A DNA stretch of 64,000 nucleotides from Tubiluchus corallicola (GCA_030141605.1 JAQGDQ010000921.1:1-64000), one strand, 5' to 3'. Positions 41,155 through 56,924 are shown, counted from the first letter of the stretch. Notes: generated by a model not told the origin, from the sequence alone. Made by a program: numbers and translations.

Positions 41155-43465
41155 CACGTATTTGCAAGTACGTAATTCAAACTTGTTGCTACAAGTGTTT
41201 TCGTTCTCATGAAATGTTTTTAGTTTTTTTAAAATAATAATTGCTTTTATTGGTGATGTTCTTCTTTTATTAAAAACGCAAAAGTGATTTTGGCTCATCA
41301 GAATTGTGCGCATTCCAACACTATTGGTGGACTTAATAAATAAAATTACAGTCTATGCTCAAAAGTTTTTAATCATCCGCCGTTTGATGCCGCCAGCGTA
41401 GCCGCTTAGCGGAAAAACGAAATACGAAACTATAGACTGTTTTGTCATTTCCTTTTCCTTCATTTTGCTACGATGGTGTCACAAAGCACACTGCGCATGA
41501 TCACGGTCATTCCACACAGCGCGCTTTGTCTACACACTCTGATGGCGTCACAGAGCACACTGCGCATGATCACGGTCATTCCACACAGCGCGCTTTGTCT
41601 ACACGCTTTGATGGCATCACAGAGCACACTGCGCATGATCACGGTCATTCCACACAGCGCGCTTTGTCTACACGCTTTGATGGCATCACAGAGCACACTG
41701 CGCATGATCACGGTCATTCCACACAGCGAGATCTGCAACGTTTTAAATTGTTTACCGATTTTAGTAATCAAAATTTAATTAGAATCTGCATAAACTGAAT
41801 GCAACTCTGACTCTGAAGCATGCCATGAATTTATTTATTAATTTTCTAAAGTTTATTTCACTACATAAAAATGTCATATAAAAGTTAAAAATCATCGTAA
41901 AAACTAAGAAATACTACATGTGATGCACAGTTAAAAGTGCTACGAAAATATGTAAAACATAATATAATAAAAACATTATGTGAAATTTAAAAAAAAGAAT
42001 CAGTTAAAAACCAGCAGTTACTACATCAACAAATCCTGCCATTTTCTAAATATTCGACTATAAATATAAAATTGCACATCAGTTTGATTGCTTCTATATT
42101 TTACAATAAAATTTGCTGATCCATTCATTCTTGTTCTTAAACTATAGGCAGGGTGACGTAACAGTAATTAAAATGGTCTATATTATTTTCTACACATGTT
42201 GTACTATTGCTAGCTTGAGTTGCTCTGTTCTAATACCCCCCCCCCCCTAGAAACTACACGCTTTGATGCGTCACACAGCAAACTACGTGCTGCGGTTTAT
42301 GCGGAATGCATAGCGCGAACTTGCGCAAAACTTTCCTTAGTAAAATAGTTTCTGTTTTTGCGCTAGAGATTTTAAACGTTAAAATTGTTTGCAATTAATG
42401 ATTTTAATAAACAAAATTTAATTTAAATCTGCAACTCTGACTGTAAAGTATGCGCGTGAATTTATTTATTTATTATCTAAAGTTTGAAAATTAATGCCAT
42501 AAGAAAGTTAAATTTTACACTAAACACTAAGAAATATTTCATGTGCAATTAAAACATGTTACGAAAATTTACAAAAAAAATATAATAAAACATATGCAAA
42601 ATTTAAAAAACAAAGAATTAGTTAAGAAACCAGCAGTTACTTCATCAATAAGACAGGCCGTCTTTTAAATATTTACTCTAAAATTGCACATCAGTTTGGT
42701 TGCATTTATAAGTTACAATAAAATTTGCTGGTCCAATCATTCTCGTTCTTAAACTAGGCAGAGTGACGTAACAGTACTTAAAAATGTTCTATATTATTTT
42801 CTACACATGTTGTACTATTGTAGAATTGTTCACTAGAATGGCATGATATGTGCTATTCTTGTTTCCTCAGTGGTTAATATTTGCAATAATTCTTCACTCT
42901 CATCCATAATAAGATGATGTAGATGCTATATTATTACAGTAGAGAAAGCTTGTGTCTTATCTTGTAGTGAATATAATTGCAGTAGCAATTAGTAGCAATG
43001 CCTTTAAATTATAAAATGCTGCAGGAAAAAATGGGAAATACGAGCCTGTATTGATTCCAAGAATTTTTTCTGCCGCATATGCACTGTAACATTCTCTATA
43101 CAAATTTCAATCATATTTGTTTTTACCTCATATCCATAGTTCTAATTTTTTTTCTATTATCTGCTTTTAATATGCAGTTTTGTATGTGGAAATAGATAGA
43201 TTTATAAATCATCAATTTTTCAAGCTTTTGACAAACGTTTATTAACTTTTACAAAAAAAATGGTAAAAAACATACTGTTATAATACAGAATAAATGTTTT
43301 TGAACTCAACAGATAGCAGCACTAAGTGAGATCAGCTTAATAGTCGCGCAGTTTTACCGTCCTCACGTGTTTGATCGACGTGCATCATTGAGTTCAGTTC
43401 ACGGCAAGCAGCAACCAGGTAAATACAAGCGCACGTCCAGAGAAACGAAAAAAAATCAAAATTAG
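41155..43465 (-). repeat. Inverted, rearranged copy of the 10.6-13.1 kb modular repeat (69-bp VNTR at 41470-41730)
   Basis: On the minus strand: X (43465-42700), C (42700-42216), end of X, then B (to 41155). VNTR period measured as 69 bp (41498, 41567, 41636). Confidence 0.85.
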
Positions 43466-43521
43466 TTTAAATTCACAGTTTTATTTCAGTCTTAAAAATA
43501 TAAAAGGTATAACAAAAAAAA

Positions 43522-43542
43522 AATAATAATAGTAGTAGTAAC

Positions 43543-43611
<69 letters not shown>

Positions 43612-43830
43612 GACTCCTCACCAGGGGGCTTCGTCGAGAAATGGAGCACCATAGAACGGTTGATCACACTACCTCTTCACGCATCCGATTATGTGAACGA
43701 CGTCTCTAAACTATGACGACTCCTGATGACGTCCTCGCCTCCACTTATATGACGCCAGAGTAGAGTAGCATTCGAACTCATGCTCTCGTCACGAGGTAGG
43801 GGTCACCAAGTTCATCAGGTAAACAACATC
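43522..43830 (-). mobile_element. Probable tRNA-derived SINE with (TTA)n tail
   Basis: Minus strand has a box-B-like GAGTTCGAATGC (~43768-43779), a GC-richer ~200-bp body and then a long (TTA)n tract (43522-43610). Box A not clear. Confidence 0.45.
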
Positions 43831-45118
43831 AGCAACAGGTAAGTATCATTGTCAGCAAGCAGCTATTAGCTATGTCATAACTATGTTGACATATTTCTTT
43901 TCTTCAAGCAAACACTATTACTACTAGACCATCGCTACCACACGAGCACGTCTGCACAGCTCGTCAGTTTAGGACGGAATACCTGGACGTACTCAAATGC
44001 CAGAAATTTCGTCTACGTGGCTTCAATCACATAATTATAGTAATGCATTAAACGGTGACATTGAACATACAGGTAAAATCTTATTTCAAAACAGGATAAT
44101 ATGTAGCGTCATATCAAAAACAGTTTAGCTGAACTTTTTTAATGAAAAGTGAAAATAATTAATAACAATTTAGGAACTAGTTGTATAACCTGGCCTATAA
44201 TTAGCCTGAGCATCACAGTGGCCCTTTGTGGACCTTTGAGCATTTTGAAAAATTGGACTGAAAGTGTTGGTCCACTGGTGGTCCTTTGACTAGTGTCCTC
44301 ACCTATCCTCCACAAAGGAAGTCGTTTGAGGATTTTCAAAGTTCTTTGACTGTTCTTTTAAACTGGTGGTCCTTGTGTTTGGTGGTCCTTTTACCTGTGA
44401 TCATTTGTCCGGCGGTCTTTTAACTGCTCACCAGTTTCCTGTTACAACAAAAGTTTTCAGCAACCCCGCTTTTCTAGTTGTTCTGCTACAAGACAGTCGA
44501 TCCTTAGATTTTTTTCAATGATTTTATAAACATCGTCAAGTATAAAATGCGATTCCAGCGTCAAAAAATTCGTAATGAATTCTGACTGTCCTGGTTCATT
44601 TATTAGTTGCTCAATCATCAGTTTTCACTAACAATCTCCATTTTGGTTTACAAGTATTGATTTCCCGTATTGTCTTATACATCCTGCTAGAGTCATATTT
44701 ATTGTTTCAAATAATTTATTTTTCTAATATCTTCTAATAATATTTCTTCTTGAAGTTTCACATTCTGTAGCTTTTTGATTTCTGTACATGTTCCTTATCT
44801 TCGGTTGGCTTGTGCTGCATCTGAAAACATATATGTTTAAATTTATTGACTTCCAAAATACAATACAGGTACATATGGGGTAAAACACAATATGTACATA
44901 GAAGTCCATCGAAATATTAGTGAGTGCCTATTAGTGATTTTTCATTTTAAGCGCCTGTTTGTGTTTATTATAGACAGCATTATCTAAATTTGAATACTTT
45001 GATTTGTGCATAGTTTAAATTAGTTACACAGCATTATCATAATTTATTTCTACTATCTTTCACAAAATTTAAATTTTGCTTACCGCATTTCTCATTTGCT
45101 TATTACTGGAATATTCAC

Positions 45119-45392
<274 letters not shown>

Positions 45393-46789
45393 CAACTTTC
45401 ATTGTTTGACGACAGTTAACTTAGTTTTACTTACTATTTTGGTATACAATTGGTGGTTATGTTCTTAAAATTTTTGTATATTTTGTTTCTACAATTTGCT
45501 TTTATTTTTTACTTATTCTAAAAATTTGCTCTTTTAGCACTAAAACTAATGCGTATTTAATTTAATTTATAGGTGTGACTAGAATAGAGGACCGTATCGT
45601 TTGTTCGCCACGCCGTCTCTATAATTATTTATTAAACAAAAACGTATATATGTTAATATTACTAACAAGAAAGAGACAAATAAATAGAATAGAAGTGAAT
45701 TGAATTAAGTTAAAATGTGTCAGTGGTTTGCTGGTCTGCCTAGAAATCTGTAGGTTTGCCTACAATGCAGATCAAATAATGAAAAGGCAAATTTTGTGCA
45801 GTATTTGACTACGCTTTTATGTTTCATTCTCTGGTTTCAATGAAAGTATTGCTTTCTAGCTGTTACTTTATGTTTAAAGGAAAACAGGACGATTTTTCAT
45901 ACCCAATTTCAAGTCTGATAAAAAGTATGCATTTTACATAATTGATACTGCAAAACCGTTTCTGATAAATGAATAATAGACTAAAAACTTAATTAATAGT
46001 GGACGAACCCAACATTGATGACATCACAAACTAACACAATTTTCAATAGGAAAAATATTCCACGAGTGTTTGCGAAAGCGAAAATTGAAATACAGCAGTT
46101 ATGTAAGATATTCAGTGTGTTGCACTGAAACTGGGAAAGTTTTAAGATGGAAATTCAAATTTACCGCTGTGCTTGCGCATGCACTGTTGCACGTGTGTAG
46201 TTCGTCACAAACTAGCACATCTGAACTGAGCACCTGTTTTTGTGCAATGTTTTTCCGAAATGCTGGCGCCCGTCTAACTAGCGAATGGCACGTAACAGCG
46301 AAGAACTAGTGGCGCGAACCCGAAATTGTGTTTGGGAGGTAATAATTCTTTCAAGTAAGTCATTTTTGAAGAAATAGTGTGTTTCCTTTGAATATTTTAA
46401 AGAATAGATTGTTTTGACTTACAGTTTAGGATTGGGTCCGGTTTTGCTTTGCTTGTCTGTTTATCTTAGAACTGCTTTTTACATCAGTAATAAAGATTAG
46501 GCGGATTTCTTTAGTTAACGAACGGCTTTCGCAAATGAAATTTTTTGACTTTAATAAAGACAGACGCTGAACGATTATCATTACAAATAAAATGATCACG
46601 GAATTTGTAGGCTTGCAAAGATCTACAAAATGGCATAAAACTTGTTTTTTTTGCACATTTTCAAAAAACATATTTTAATAACACCTAAAAAGTTTGCGTT
46701 GTTGCATAGTCAGTAGAGAAAATCATATTTGAAAGCACAGCTTCTAAGTGTTAGGTCTAAGTGTAGATACATTTTTCTCCCACGAGATT

Positions 46790-47110
46790 TGAATTCCAGA
46801 TAAGAAGCTTTTAGAGTCTAAAGCTTTATTCTCAGCTAACATCTCACTGTTCAGCTCAGGTAAAATTTACTTAATGACAGATCAATTTCAGACAAAGCTT
46901 CTCTGTACATCAACAAAGATGCTAATCCCCTTGACTATGCATCAACAAAGATGCTATCAACGCATAAAGCTGCTTATCTCTAGAATGATTGACGTTAATC
47001 CTAAAAGTAGGCGCCTAGCCACCCAGAAATTATCCCAAAGTGCTTTTTAAATGCGCTGAGTATTTGAACGAAGCTAATCCAGGTTTTAAGTTGATTAACT
47101 TTGTAAGAAA
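46790..47110 (+). repeat. Paralogous non-coding module, partial copy
   Basis: 46795-46990 aligns with 62765-62960; AAGCTAATCC..TTTAA..TGATT at 47071 matches 40561. Confidence 0.8.
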
Positions 47111-50100
47111 AAGTCGAGGTCTATTTCGTCCATTAGACATTATCTCTTTTCAGCAGACTGGAGCAGAAAAATAAGCTGACGATTCTAATAAGATGTAAAC
47201 ACCAATTTTGAAAATAAGGGTCTATTCAGTAGCTCAGAAATTGTAATTGCCATTTAAAAGTTTTTTATGCTTCGATCAACCGCCAGATGTCCTGTGAAAA
47301 CCTGCAGCTAATTGTCTGATCTGAGTCAATTTACCACTTTTTCAGTATTTATCATATCCCTGTTTAATTAAGTCATTGAAAGAACTTTAATTTGGGTTTT
47401 TCAGGTGATTTAAGAAGATTAACGAAAAGTTGCTTTAATAATTAGGTTTGGAAACGTTTTTTCAGAGAATATAACCTACACGATGCATGGCACCGCAGAT
47501 GTTGGTATGCCAGCCCTCCCAGGAGCTCCAAATTGCCCTACTACACTTAGTGTTGAACAGGCTGTCCAACTATCATGCGACACTCTTTGCAAGTACCATT
47601 TCTCTAGTAATAACAGGTCACGCGGCGCTGATTCGAAAAACAAACAGCGGGTCAAAAGTAAATCCAAAATTTTCCTTTGATATGCGCATTGCAGTCATTG
47701 GAGCTGTAGCCTCGAAATTTTATACCAGCGAAACCTATATGCAAACTAGCAAAACACCGCGAAAGAATCTTGCGCATAAACCCAAAACGAAAATCCAAAC
47801 TACCCACAAAACATTCTATTCTATAACACACCACGCCACCCACAAAACCCCACTCATCAACAATACACTCACCACGTCACACCACACTCACCATAACCCA
47901 TTAGACCACTCACTCCTCATGGCACCAGACCATCCACACCACGCCACGCCACTCTCTGACTGCCACCGTCGATGCTGAACACTATAGTGACAATGACAAC
48001 GACCGTGACAGCAACAGTATCAAGTGCAACGAAAACAACAGCCGTGTGAAACCATGCAAAAATATTTTATGCAATTTGCAATTGTGTACAATGACAAAAG
48101 CTATTAAACCCAATCACTAGTGATCAATAATGAGCGAACATTCTTTGCTTACATGGTCTTTGCTTACTGCTCTCGTAATTTCAGCAATGTTAGCTAATTT
48201 TTTAAAGGGCAAGAAATGACAATTTTGAATTAGGCCTACAGAAATACTTCCCAGAGAACTTTACACACAAAGTTATATTACTCAGCGTTACGCTTACCTA
48301 TTTCTAACAATTTAAAATAATCGCGTCATCTGGTAAACGTCATTGCACCAGCATCCCAGTGTGCACCACTGATTCACCAAAACAACATTATTGATCTGAC
48401 TGACTTTTTAAAAAGTAATTTAAACTTTTACTTAATTGGCGAAGAGTGTGCAGCGAATTCTGATGATTGATTTAAAGTTTACTCAATCTAAACTTGTTTC
48501 AAATAACTTAAGGTTAAAAAGGTTGCGCCTAACAGCCATCGCGAGAGTTTATATTAATTAGTTTTGCGCATCGTTACTGCTAACACAAGCTCTGTATGCA
48601 AGGAGACAGCATGTGAGTGATACAAAATTTCAAGACGATTTTAAGCTTTTAATTGCAAAGAATGTTTTAATGTGCTTTACCACAAGTCAAACAACCACCA
48701 GACAAAGGACATCTGGTCAAGTTTCGACTGAAAACATAACGAACCAGTGGTCAAATGACGACCAAATACAGCAGACAGACGAACTATTTGAAATACATTT
48801 TGCTTCATGTTGAGATAGACATAATTAATTTCAGAGGATAAAGTTCCAAATCAATTATTTTTGCATTATTACGGAACCTAATTAGTGATAGACACTAATT
48901 AAGACCAGATAGAAGGAATAACATTTGGAATGTTTTCTTGCAACTAACCTCAAACATTAAAGCATTTCCCAACGCCAACAAATCACTTGTGATTATCTTT
49001 TTTTATAATTCGAAAGGGTTAAAAGGTGCACATTGAAAATCTAAAGTGTCTTTTATCGTTAATGAAATAACGCATGCGCATAACGCATTCCTAGTGTCTG
49101 ATTAAACGCTGCTTTAGTCTGTTCCCCTCAGAGCCTGAGAAACAGTAAACTATGTAGAATGTTCGTCCATTATTGATCAGTAAGCATATATTATAATACA
49201 CGCAGTTTCAAAGGTGTGATATCAGTGGTGTGGTGTTGCGCAGATGGTGTGGCATGAATGGTGTAGGTTTTTGTATTTGTTAATATGCAAACATAACATT
49301 GGCTCTGCTGTGATAGAGAGTTTTTATTGGGCAGTAATTAAGAGCGTCTTAACAACATTCCCTCATTCTTTAGAATGGCTTTTTTAATGCAGAGAGATCG
49401 CATCAGGTTAAATCCGCTTTAAAAATAATAGGAATAAAACAGAAATCCACGACTTATTTGCACGACACGAGGGTCGCAAAGAAAGCGCATGTTATCATTA
49501 ATGAGGAATGTACTCCTGCTAACAAATTTTAAAATGTTCCTGTCAAGTTGTAGGTACCATTTCTGATACGTCAAACCACAAGAACTTTAAATACTTTCTG
49601 TCTTGTTCAAAAATGTGGCGAAGTTTGGTAAAAGCAAGTTTGGTACTGGTAGATTTGGTACTAAGAATTTTTAGTTCGTGATAATTTTGGTATTAAGAAT
49701 TTTTATTACGTGGTAATTTTGCTACTAAGTACGTGGTAATTTTGATGGAGGTATATTTGTGCACTTTGTACGAAGAATATTTTTGGTGCTAGGAAAATTT
49801 CGTACTAGGAAAGTTTTGTTTATTAGAACGTTCATAAAACATTATAATTAATAAAGTGTGACAGCTAAAGTTTTATGTGTGAGTACAAACCCATGTTGGC
49901 ACATTTGAGAATTCTTTCAGCAAAACCTGAAAGGTCTCCAACTCGCCATGCACCGTCAACTTGGTTTCTTTTTGGGAAAATGATCATTTTCTCCCATATT
50001 TACAGAACTTATGAAACAGAAACGAGAACAAGGCAGTGACGTCACTGGAAAGAACATCTTCTGCAGTGGCGCCTCGTAGCTAAAATTAGTGGCGTGCAGG

Positions 50101-50664
50101 AAAATTAACAATTTTCAGCCATTGTTTTAATACTGTGTAAGAAGAAACAAACATGTGTGTAATTACAATGCTGTAATTGTGATTTTAAACAAACAATCAC
50201 ATTTAAACATAACCTTGATAAACTCATAAACAAAAAATATTGTTTTCTTACGAATAGCCTAAATTGTCTCAGTTCAAGAAAATGCGAATACACGGCTTTT
50301 AAGCACGTGACAACTGACAACACGTACTGCAGTGAGTGACAGTACGCCTTCTACCTCTAAAGTACAGCGACTTACCTCAAATGTGTGTGCATGGCCGCAT
50401 GCGCACAACAGCCAAACACCATGTTGCTTGCGCTGTGAACAAATTGTACTTCCCTCGTGTGCTCCGGTTCTGCACAAGTATAAAAAAGAAATAAAGAAAA
50501 ACACTTACTATATTGAATGTTATGGATCATAATGAGTGAAAAAAGGGGGTGCTGCAGTACAGCAGTACATATACACGAGCCGCCACTCATCTTGTAGCAA
50601 TGGTTTGGTTCTGCGTGAGGCCCACAGTAAGGAGTAAGAATCATCCTCCTATTACTGCTGGTGA

Positions 50665-51440
50665 CAGTGGTAAAGATGGCGGTGTAACACCGTTATGACG
50701 CTGCTGCTGACAGTGGTAATGATGATGGTGTAACACTGTTATGACGCTGCTGCTGACAGTGGTAACGATGGTGGTGTAACACTGTTATGATGCTGCTGCT
50801 GCTGGCAGTGGTAACGATGATGGCGTAACACTGTTATGATGCTGCTGCTGCTAGCAGTGGTAACGATGATGGTGTAACACTGTTATGATGCTGCTGCTGG
50901 CAGTGGCAACGATGGTGGTGTAACACTGTTATGACGTTGCTGCTGACAGTGGTAACGATGGTGGTGTAATACTGTTATGACGCTGCTGCTGACAGTGGTA
51001 ATGATGATGGTGTAACACTGTTATGATGCTGCTGCTGACAGTGGTAACGATGGTGGTGTAATACTGTTATGACGCTGCTGCTGACAGTGGTAACGATGGT
51101 GGTGTAACACTGTTATGATTCTGCTGCTGACAGTGGTAACGATGATGGTGTAACACTGTTATGATACTGCTGCTGGCAGTGGTAGCGATGATGGTGTAAC
51201 ACTGTTATGACGCTGCTGCTGGCAGTGGTAACGATGATGGTGTAACACTGTTAAGATGCTGCTGCTGGCAGTGGTAAAGATGGTGGTGTAATACTGTTAT
51301 GACGCTGCTGCTGCTGGCAGTGATAACGATGATGGTGTAATACTGTTATGACGCTGCTGCTGCTGGCAGTGGTAACGATGATGGTGTAACACTGTTGTGA
51401 TGCTGCTGGTATTGGTAACGATGGTGGTGTAATACTGTTA
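50665..51440 (+). repeat. 46-bp (+/-3) minisatellite, ~17 units
   Basis: Unit TGTAACACTGTTATGACGCTGCTGCTGACAGTGGTAACGATGGTGG with a variable number of GCT triplets. Confidence 0.95.
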
Positions 51441-51940
51441 TATTTTCGCATACAACCGCACAACCTTTTTCTAATGAGAACAACAAACTTAACCAGGCAC
51501 AATGCTGAAGGAAAATCATCATTCATTAGAACCGAAATGAACAGGTTACTTAAAAGCATTAACTAATCTATGCTCAAATATTGGAAAACATATGTCTGGA
51601 CGCCTTGAGAACCTGCACTTTTGCTTGGTTTCTGTGCCGTAATGACTTTCTAAATTGGGTTCAAGTGTGAATGGATCGTCTACGACATTTTGTTTTGCCA
51701 AATAAATGGGCGCTGAGCTGACATTATAAAGAGGGGGGGGGCATTATAATGAGGTCTGACTGTATACCGTAAACTGTTACAATACCAGTTCGGGTATTAA
51801 TCAAATTTTTGGAATAATGACTAAAGTGAACAAGCTTATGTTTTTCACACTTTAACTCTATAATGTAGCTTAAAGCTTCAAGTAAACCAACTTTTTAACT
51901 ATCACACAGATTATGTAACACTCATGCTGTATTCCGTTAA

Positions 51941-52465
51941 AGTACAAGAAAACCCTCTACTTATATCAATCTTAAAATTTTCATCTTGACACTTTATACC
52001 GCTTATGTACTGCCTTTTTGCATACAGAGCATGTGCCGGCAGTAACGATGAAAAAATAATCAGAGCATTCGTAGCACACACATCACTAAGTAAAATTTTG
52101 AATTACTGTCAATAAGATTAAAAATGCGTTTTTTATGTTAATGAGTGGTGCACCCTGGAGACAACGACATTTTACCAATTTGTGAAAACATTTTAAATAA
52201 TTATTTTTTTCTAGCAAGTAATCTAACTTTACATGGAAAGTTTTTTAGGACATGATTTAACATTTCCTTTCCTTCAAGTAATTTACGTTGTGCGTAGTGA
52301 CGTCATGTAATGGCGACTTCGGAACAGTATCGCGGGAAATTTAAAATGAAAACAAACAAAAATGCTTTCAATGCGAGTATGATATACGCTAAAATGGCTA
52401 TAAAGTAATAAAATTTTTAAGGCGATTTTTCTGAAACCTACTTCAGGTGCCTCTTTTCTTGTCCT
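51941..52465 (+). mobile_element. Kolobok-like MITE family 1, complete copy with TTAA TSD
   Basis: TTAA|AGTACAAGAAAA ... TTTTCTTGTCCT|TTAA. Reverse-orientation partial copies at ~58245-58678 and ~48205-48650. Confidence 0.8.
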
Positions 52466-52604
52466 TTAAGTTTATAACATACAAGTTTTCAGCTTAGAAA
52501 TTCGCGTCACAGAAGTTTTTGGATTTTATTTAAAATGCATTTGCCGATATTTTTCAAACCAAATATAAATTTACGATAGTAATGGCAACGCATTGAATCA
52601 GTTT

Positions 52605-53634
52605 GTAGCATCTCATTATCCCAGCCTCCAATACTGAAGGTTGATGAACTTTGTCTTTATGCCGCAGAATTTGCATTTCAGAGGAGCTTGAGATTTCAAA
52701 GCTTCTTTGTTTACAGATAAAAGCTTCTGGTTTGAATGCAGACGCTCATTTTCTAAATGACAGCTCAATTTACAAACACGACTGGCTCTTCTCAACAACA
52801 AAAGCTTCATCCAGGTCTAAGCCGATTAACTCTAAGATAATTTGCTTTAATCCTAGAAAACATGCAGCTAGTCAGTTCAGCAGAAATTATCTAAATGGTT
52901 TTTACGGAATGAATGGCATAGACCCTAATAGCCAGGCGCCAGACATTCATCCAGAAATTATTGCTCTAGCAGCAAATGAAGGAATATTTGTAAACATCTA
53001 GGGATGATGATAGAAATCTTCCCGCCTTAAAAAAACAAAATTACTAAAAATAAATGCAAGTACAAACAAGCAAGTATTAACTAGACATGTCAAAAACACA
53101 TTTATTTTCATAAACAACTTCCGTAAGGTAATAAAATAAAGGTGTGTTCATCTGACATTTCCTGCTGGTGTGTGGCAATTAATATGAGAACAGAATCTTG
53201 ACAAAAAGTTTAACAAATATGTCACAATCCCCCCCCCCAAGAAGTTTTAAAGTCACTTTGCTCTTTACTAGATGTTTATGGTGTTTATCATGTTACTCAT
53301 GTTAATTTCCGCAAAAGTATAAATAACTTCTATTGCGCTGTTAAGGACCCCCAAAATCACTGAATTGATTCGTTGTCATTTTACAGGGTGTTGCTTCTTT
53401 AATCCCGAGTTGTTAAGCAGCTTATAGGATTAAGTTACCGGATTAGCATTAGCCCACTGATAATACAAAGAGTGACTATCATTGTATCAAGTATTCAAGG
53501 CGGGATAATTTACTCTATCTGAGCATTTCCATAAGATTACCTTTAACATGCAAATTAGACAAAAGTAAACGAACGCAAATCGCAAAGCAAGTAAGAAAGT
53601 TGATCAGCTACATTTGACAGATAAAACTATTGAC

Positions 53635-53665
<31 letters not shown>

Positions 53666-53734
53666 GAGGGAGAGAGAGAGGAAGAGAGAGAGAGTGAGAG
53701 AGAGAGTGAGAGAGAGAGAGAGAGAGAGCGAGAC

Positions 53735-53804
<70 letters not shown>

Positions 53805-54000
53805 CAGTGTCCTTGATCGTAAGGTTGGGATAATGACATTTAAGGATGTTTCAGGCTGCTATCAGTGTTTGGAATCTACAACTTGAAGAAAGACACTAAT
53901 CCCTCTCTAGCTGAGTGCATGATTGTTCCGCAAAAGTTAATTTTCTAAAAGACACAAAGCTTGCGAGCGCTCAGCGTGGGAAAACCTAATCCCTGAAAGA
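52605..54000 (+). repeat. Paralogous non-coding module, copy 2 (contains (GA)n 53633-53802)
   Basis: Collinear with 39400-40660 and 62960-64000. Confidence 0.85.
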
Positions 54001-56194
54001 CAGATGAGAGGCAATGCGAACATCTAATTTTCTAATGCAAACCGTTGAGAGGCGGATCCATGTTTACATTAGAAAATTAAATTACACCATTAGAAAAGTA
54101 TTAAAAAGTATGCTTCTTCTTCCTGAATTTTGAATATTAAATAAAGAAAAAACTTTGTAAATCGTAAACTGACAACTGTAAATTGCTAATCCTTGCACCA
54201 TAAACAATGACTTCAGTATATTTGGTAATTTGTGCAGCACAAATAGCGTTGTACTAGATTATTTTGTCCTGCTATACATTTTTCAGCTTTATAATAGAAT
54301 GTGTCAGTATAACCTTGCTTAAAATATCGGAATAAATAATTATTTTGTCATCAAACCACATTATATAGTTAGTTTCTTATTTTGTAAAAGTGGATAATAA
54401 TATGTTAATAATAAATGTATTATCATCATTAAGTTTTATTTCAGTCCAACTGACCACGAGAAGTTTATTTAATCCTAATATCTTCACAATACTGCTCTGT
54501 AAAAATAAACAAAACATTTTGTCATTATGCAAAAACAAAAGCTAATGAACAACAGTTAAAGTTCTGGTTGATATTAAAAGTCCTACTAATTTCACTGACT
54601 GAAACAAATTAAAAATGTTCCTACACGTTTAATCAGTAATTCTACAGCTAATATGTTATAGTCTCTGTGGGCATGGGGTTCACATATTTTTTGTCAAGGC
54701 TGATAAAATGTAGCTGTCACTAAAAATTGTCACACTAGCATTATAGTTATGCTTCAGTGAGTTTCTTTGTGTTTACAAATTCATTAATTCTTCTTGCAGA
54801 ATGAAGTTACTATATCGACTTGTTTTACAAGAAAAGAACTTTTGTTACCAAGACCCACACTTTTGCAGCTTGTATTGCTGACGATGTTTTCAATTAATGC
54901 CTATCCCACCCAAAGATGAAATACAGTAATGTAGTAAAAACAGCTTTATTTTTAGCCCAGTTGTGTACGACCCTACCACAAGTACACTTTGCTACGGTCG
55001 GCAGAGCTGCGCTAGTTCAAATTTTTCACGGGGGAGGCGTATGTGCAGCTCCATGGCATTTACCGCGAGATGCAAAAACGTTAATTACTCATTAATTAAA
55101 CAACGTACTGCTAAAAAAATTCGCCAAGTTATTCCCCGGGAAGGCAACTATTAAATAAGTTTAACTTGATTTTCGTGATATTCACCCTTTAAATCAGCAT
55201 TGGTTGTTTTAATATACAACATATATGTTGCACCTTAAACTGGAGTAGTTATCAGTTTGAAAATGTATATAATATTTTTACAAGTAGATCAGTCAGGAAT
55301 GGATAGATAGGAAACCAACAGGTAATTGTTGATATGGCTAGAGACTGTATCGAAGGCTTAGAATGTAATGATTTCAATTTTTTAAACACAGCACAGCTGC
55401 TATCAAATCTGGATTACATTGTTAAATGTTAATTTATGAGAAATTGTACTGCTTAAATATTTTATCAAATTTCTTAGTTCCTATTGATATAACTGACTTA
55501 CTGACTAGCTCCTTTAATCTAATTTACTATCGTTATGTTGTTTTATTACTAATCGTGTAAATAAATTGATTGATATCACTTCTTTATGACATACTTATGT
55601 AAAGTATTTTCGAAATAAAATGATGTTAATATTAATAATTCATAGGTACACACAAATAAAAAAAGACGTGCACCACAATTACATGATGTTTACAATATGC
55701 ACACAAAATGTATTGTCCTGTGATGCTTAGAACCAAAATATGCCCACCTATAATCTCTATACAAAAAGTTCTTTCACTTGTTTGCGATTTTAGCAAAAAA
55801 TATCCTCAAAACGTCATGTGATTTAACCGTCTTTATTAAATATCCAAAGGCAAACAAGAAATCAACTGATTGACCAACCAATAAGCCAAGTAGCCGAGTA
55901 ACCAAGTTACATATTAAGCATTAACCATTAGCATTTTATCTGCAATAAATAAAGATATTCACTACATTTATATAACAGATGTAACAAAATTAATGATACT
56001 GAATTCTTAAATCAAGTTCACATAATAATGTTAATATAATAAACAAATTGACTTACATCTTTGCCTCTTTAAGCCAACGGCACAAAATCACATCTATCAG
56101 CTTTGAGATCGACCAACCAAAAATATTAAATATATATATATATAGATAATAAATATTTGACACCACTGTCTTCTTATGGCAGAAGTGTAAGCTG

Positions 56195-56470
56195 CCTGAC
56201 TGGCTGACTAACTAAATCACTAACTGGCTGATAAACTGACTGATTGACTGACTGACTAACAAACTGACTGATTGACTGACTGACTGACTAACTGACTGAC
56301 TGACTGACTGACTGACTGACTGACTAACTGACTAACTGACTGATTGAGTAACTAACTAAACTACGAGCTGACTGACAAACTGGCTGTTTGACTGACTGAC
56401 ATACTGACTGGCTGACTGATTGACTAACTGACTAAGTTACGAGCTGACTGACTCATTCACTGGACGACTG
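56195..56470 (+). repeat. (ACTG)n microsatellite
   Basis: Imperfect GACT/AACT tetranucleotide run. Confidence 0.95.
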
Positions 56471-56924
56471 ATTCTGAATACGACATAGTCTGATCATTAC
56501 TAACCCAACATGCAATTATAAAATAAATAAAAACAACTGCGCATTCATTCATTCCTTCATTCATTCAATCAGTCATTTGTTTATTCAATTATTCATTCAT
56601 GTTTATTGAGAATACTTTGTAGGCTATAGCTTTTGGGCTGCATCAGATATGCACCTTAAAACGATTTTCCCAACTTCCTTAATAACTGTTTAACTGGCGT
56701 GTAGCTATTTACAAAAAATAGGCACTAACTAAACTAAAATAGGCAACATCTAAATTTATTTTCTAAAATCACTGTTACAGTATTTACAGGTTTCTCGCCA
56801 CACTCACAATATAAACTTGAATTTAGAAACACAATTTATATTCCTCAGTCGTTTTAACAAAATTTGGACGGCTGACTTCACATTTCACACAGTGTCTTTT
56901 TACCGTTTATGAATTATTATTTTT

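Noticed and set aside
41442-41798. Overlapping repeat ORFs from the 69-bp VNTR as real proteins
   Set aside because: Open on both strands only because the unit is 3n long and stop-poor; the copy at 9.1-9.4 kb has 70-71-bp units that break frame.
43720-43740. CTGATGA as a hammerhead ribozyme core
   Set aside because: No correctly placed GAAA or flanking stems found.
43830-44080. Possible host exon (GTAAG donor at ~43839, acceptor at ~43908, donor at ~44073)
   Set aside because: All three frames of the candidate exon contain stops.
47487-47978. 163-aa His/Thr-rich ORF
   Set aside because: The composition comes from a CA-rich low-complexity tract next to a repeated motif; no domain or splice support.
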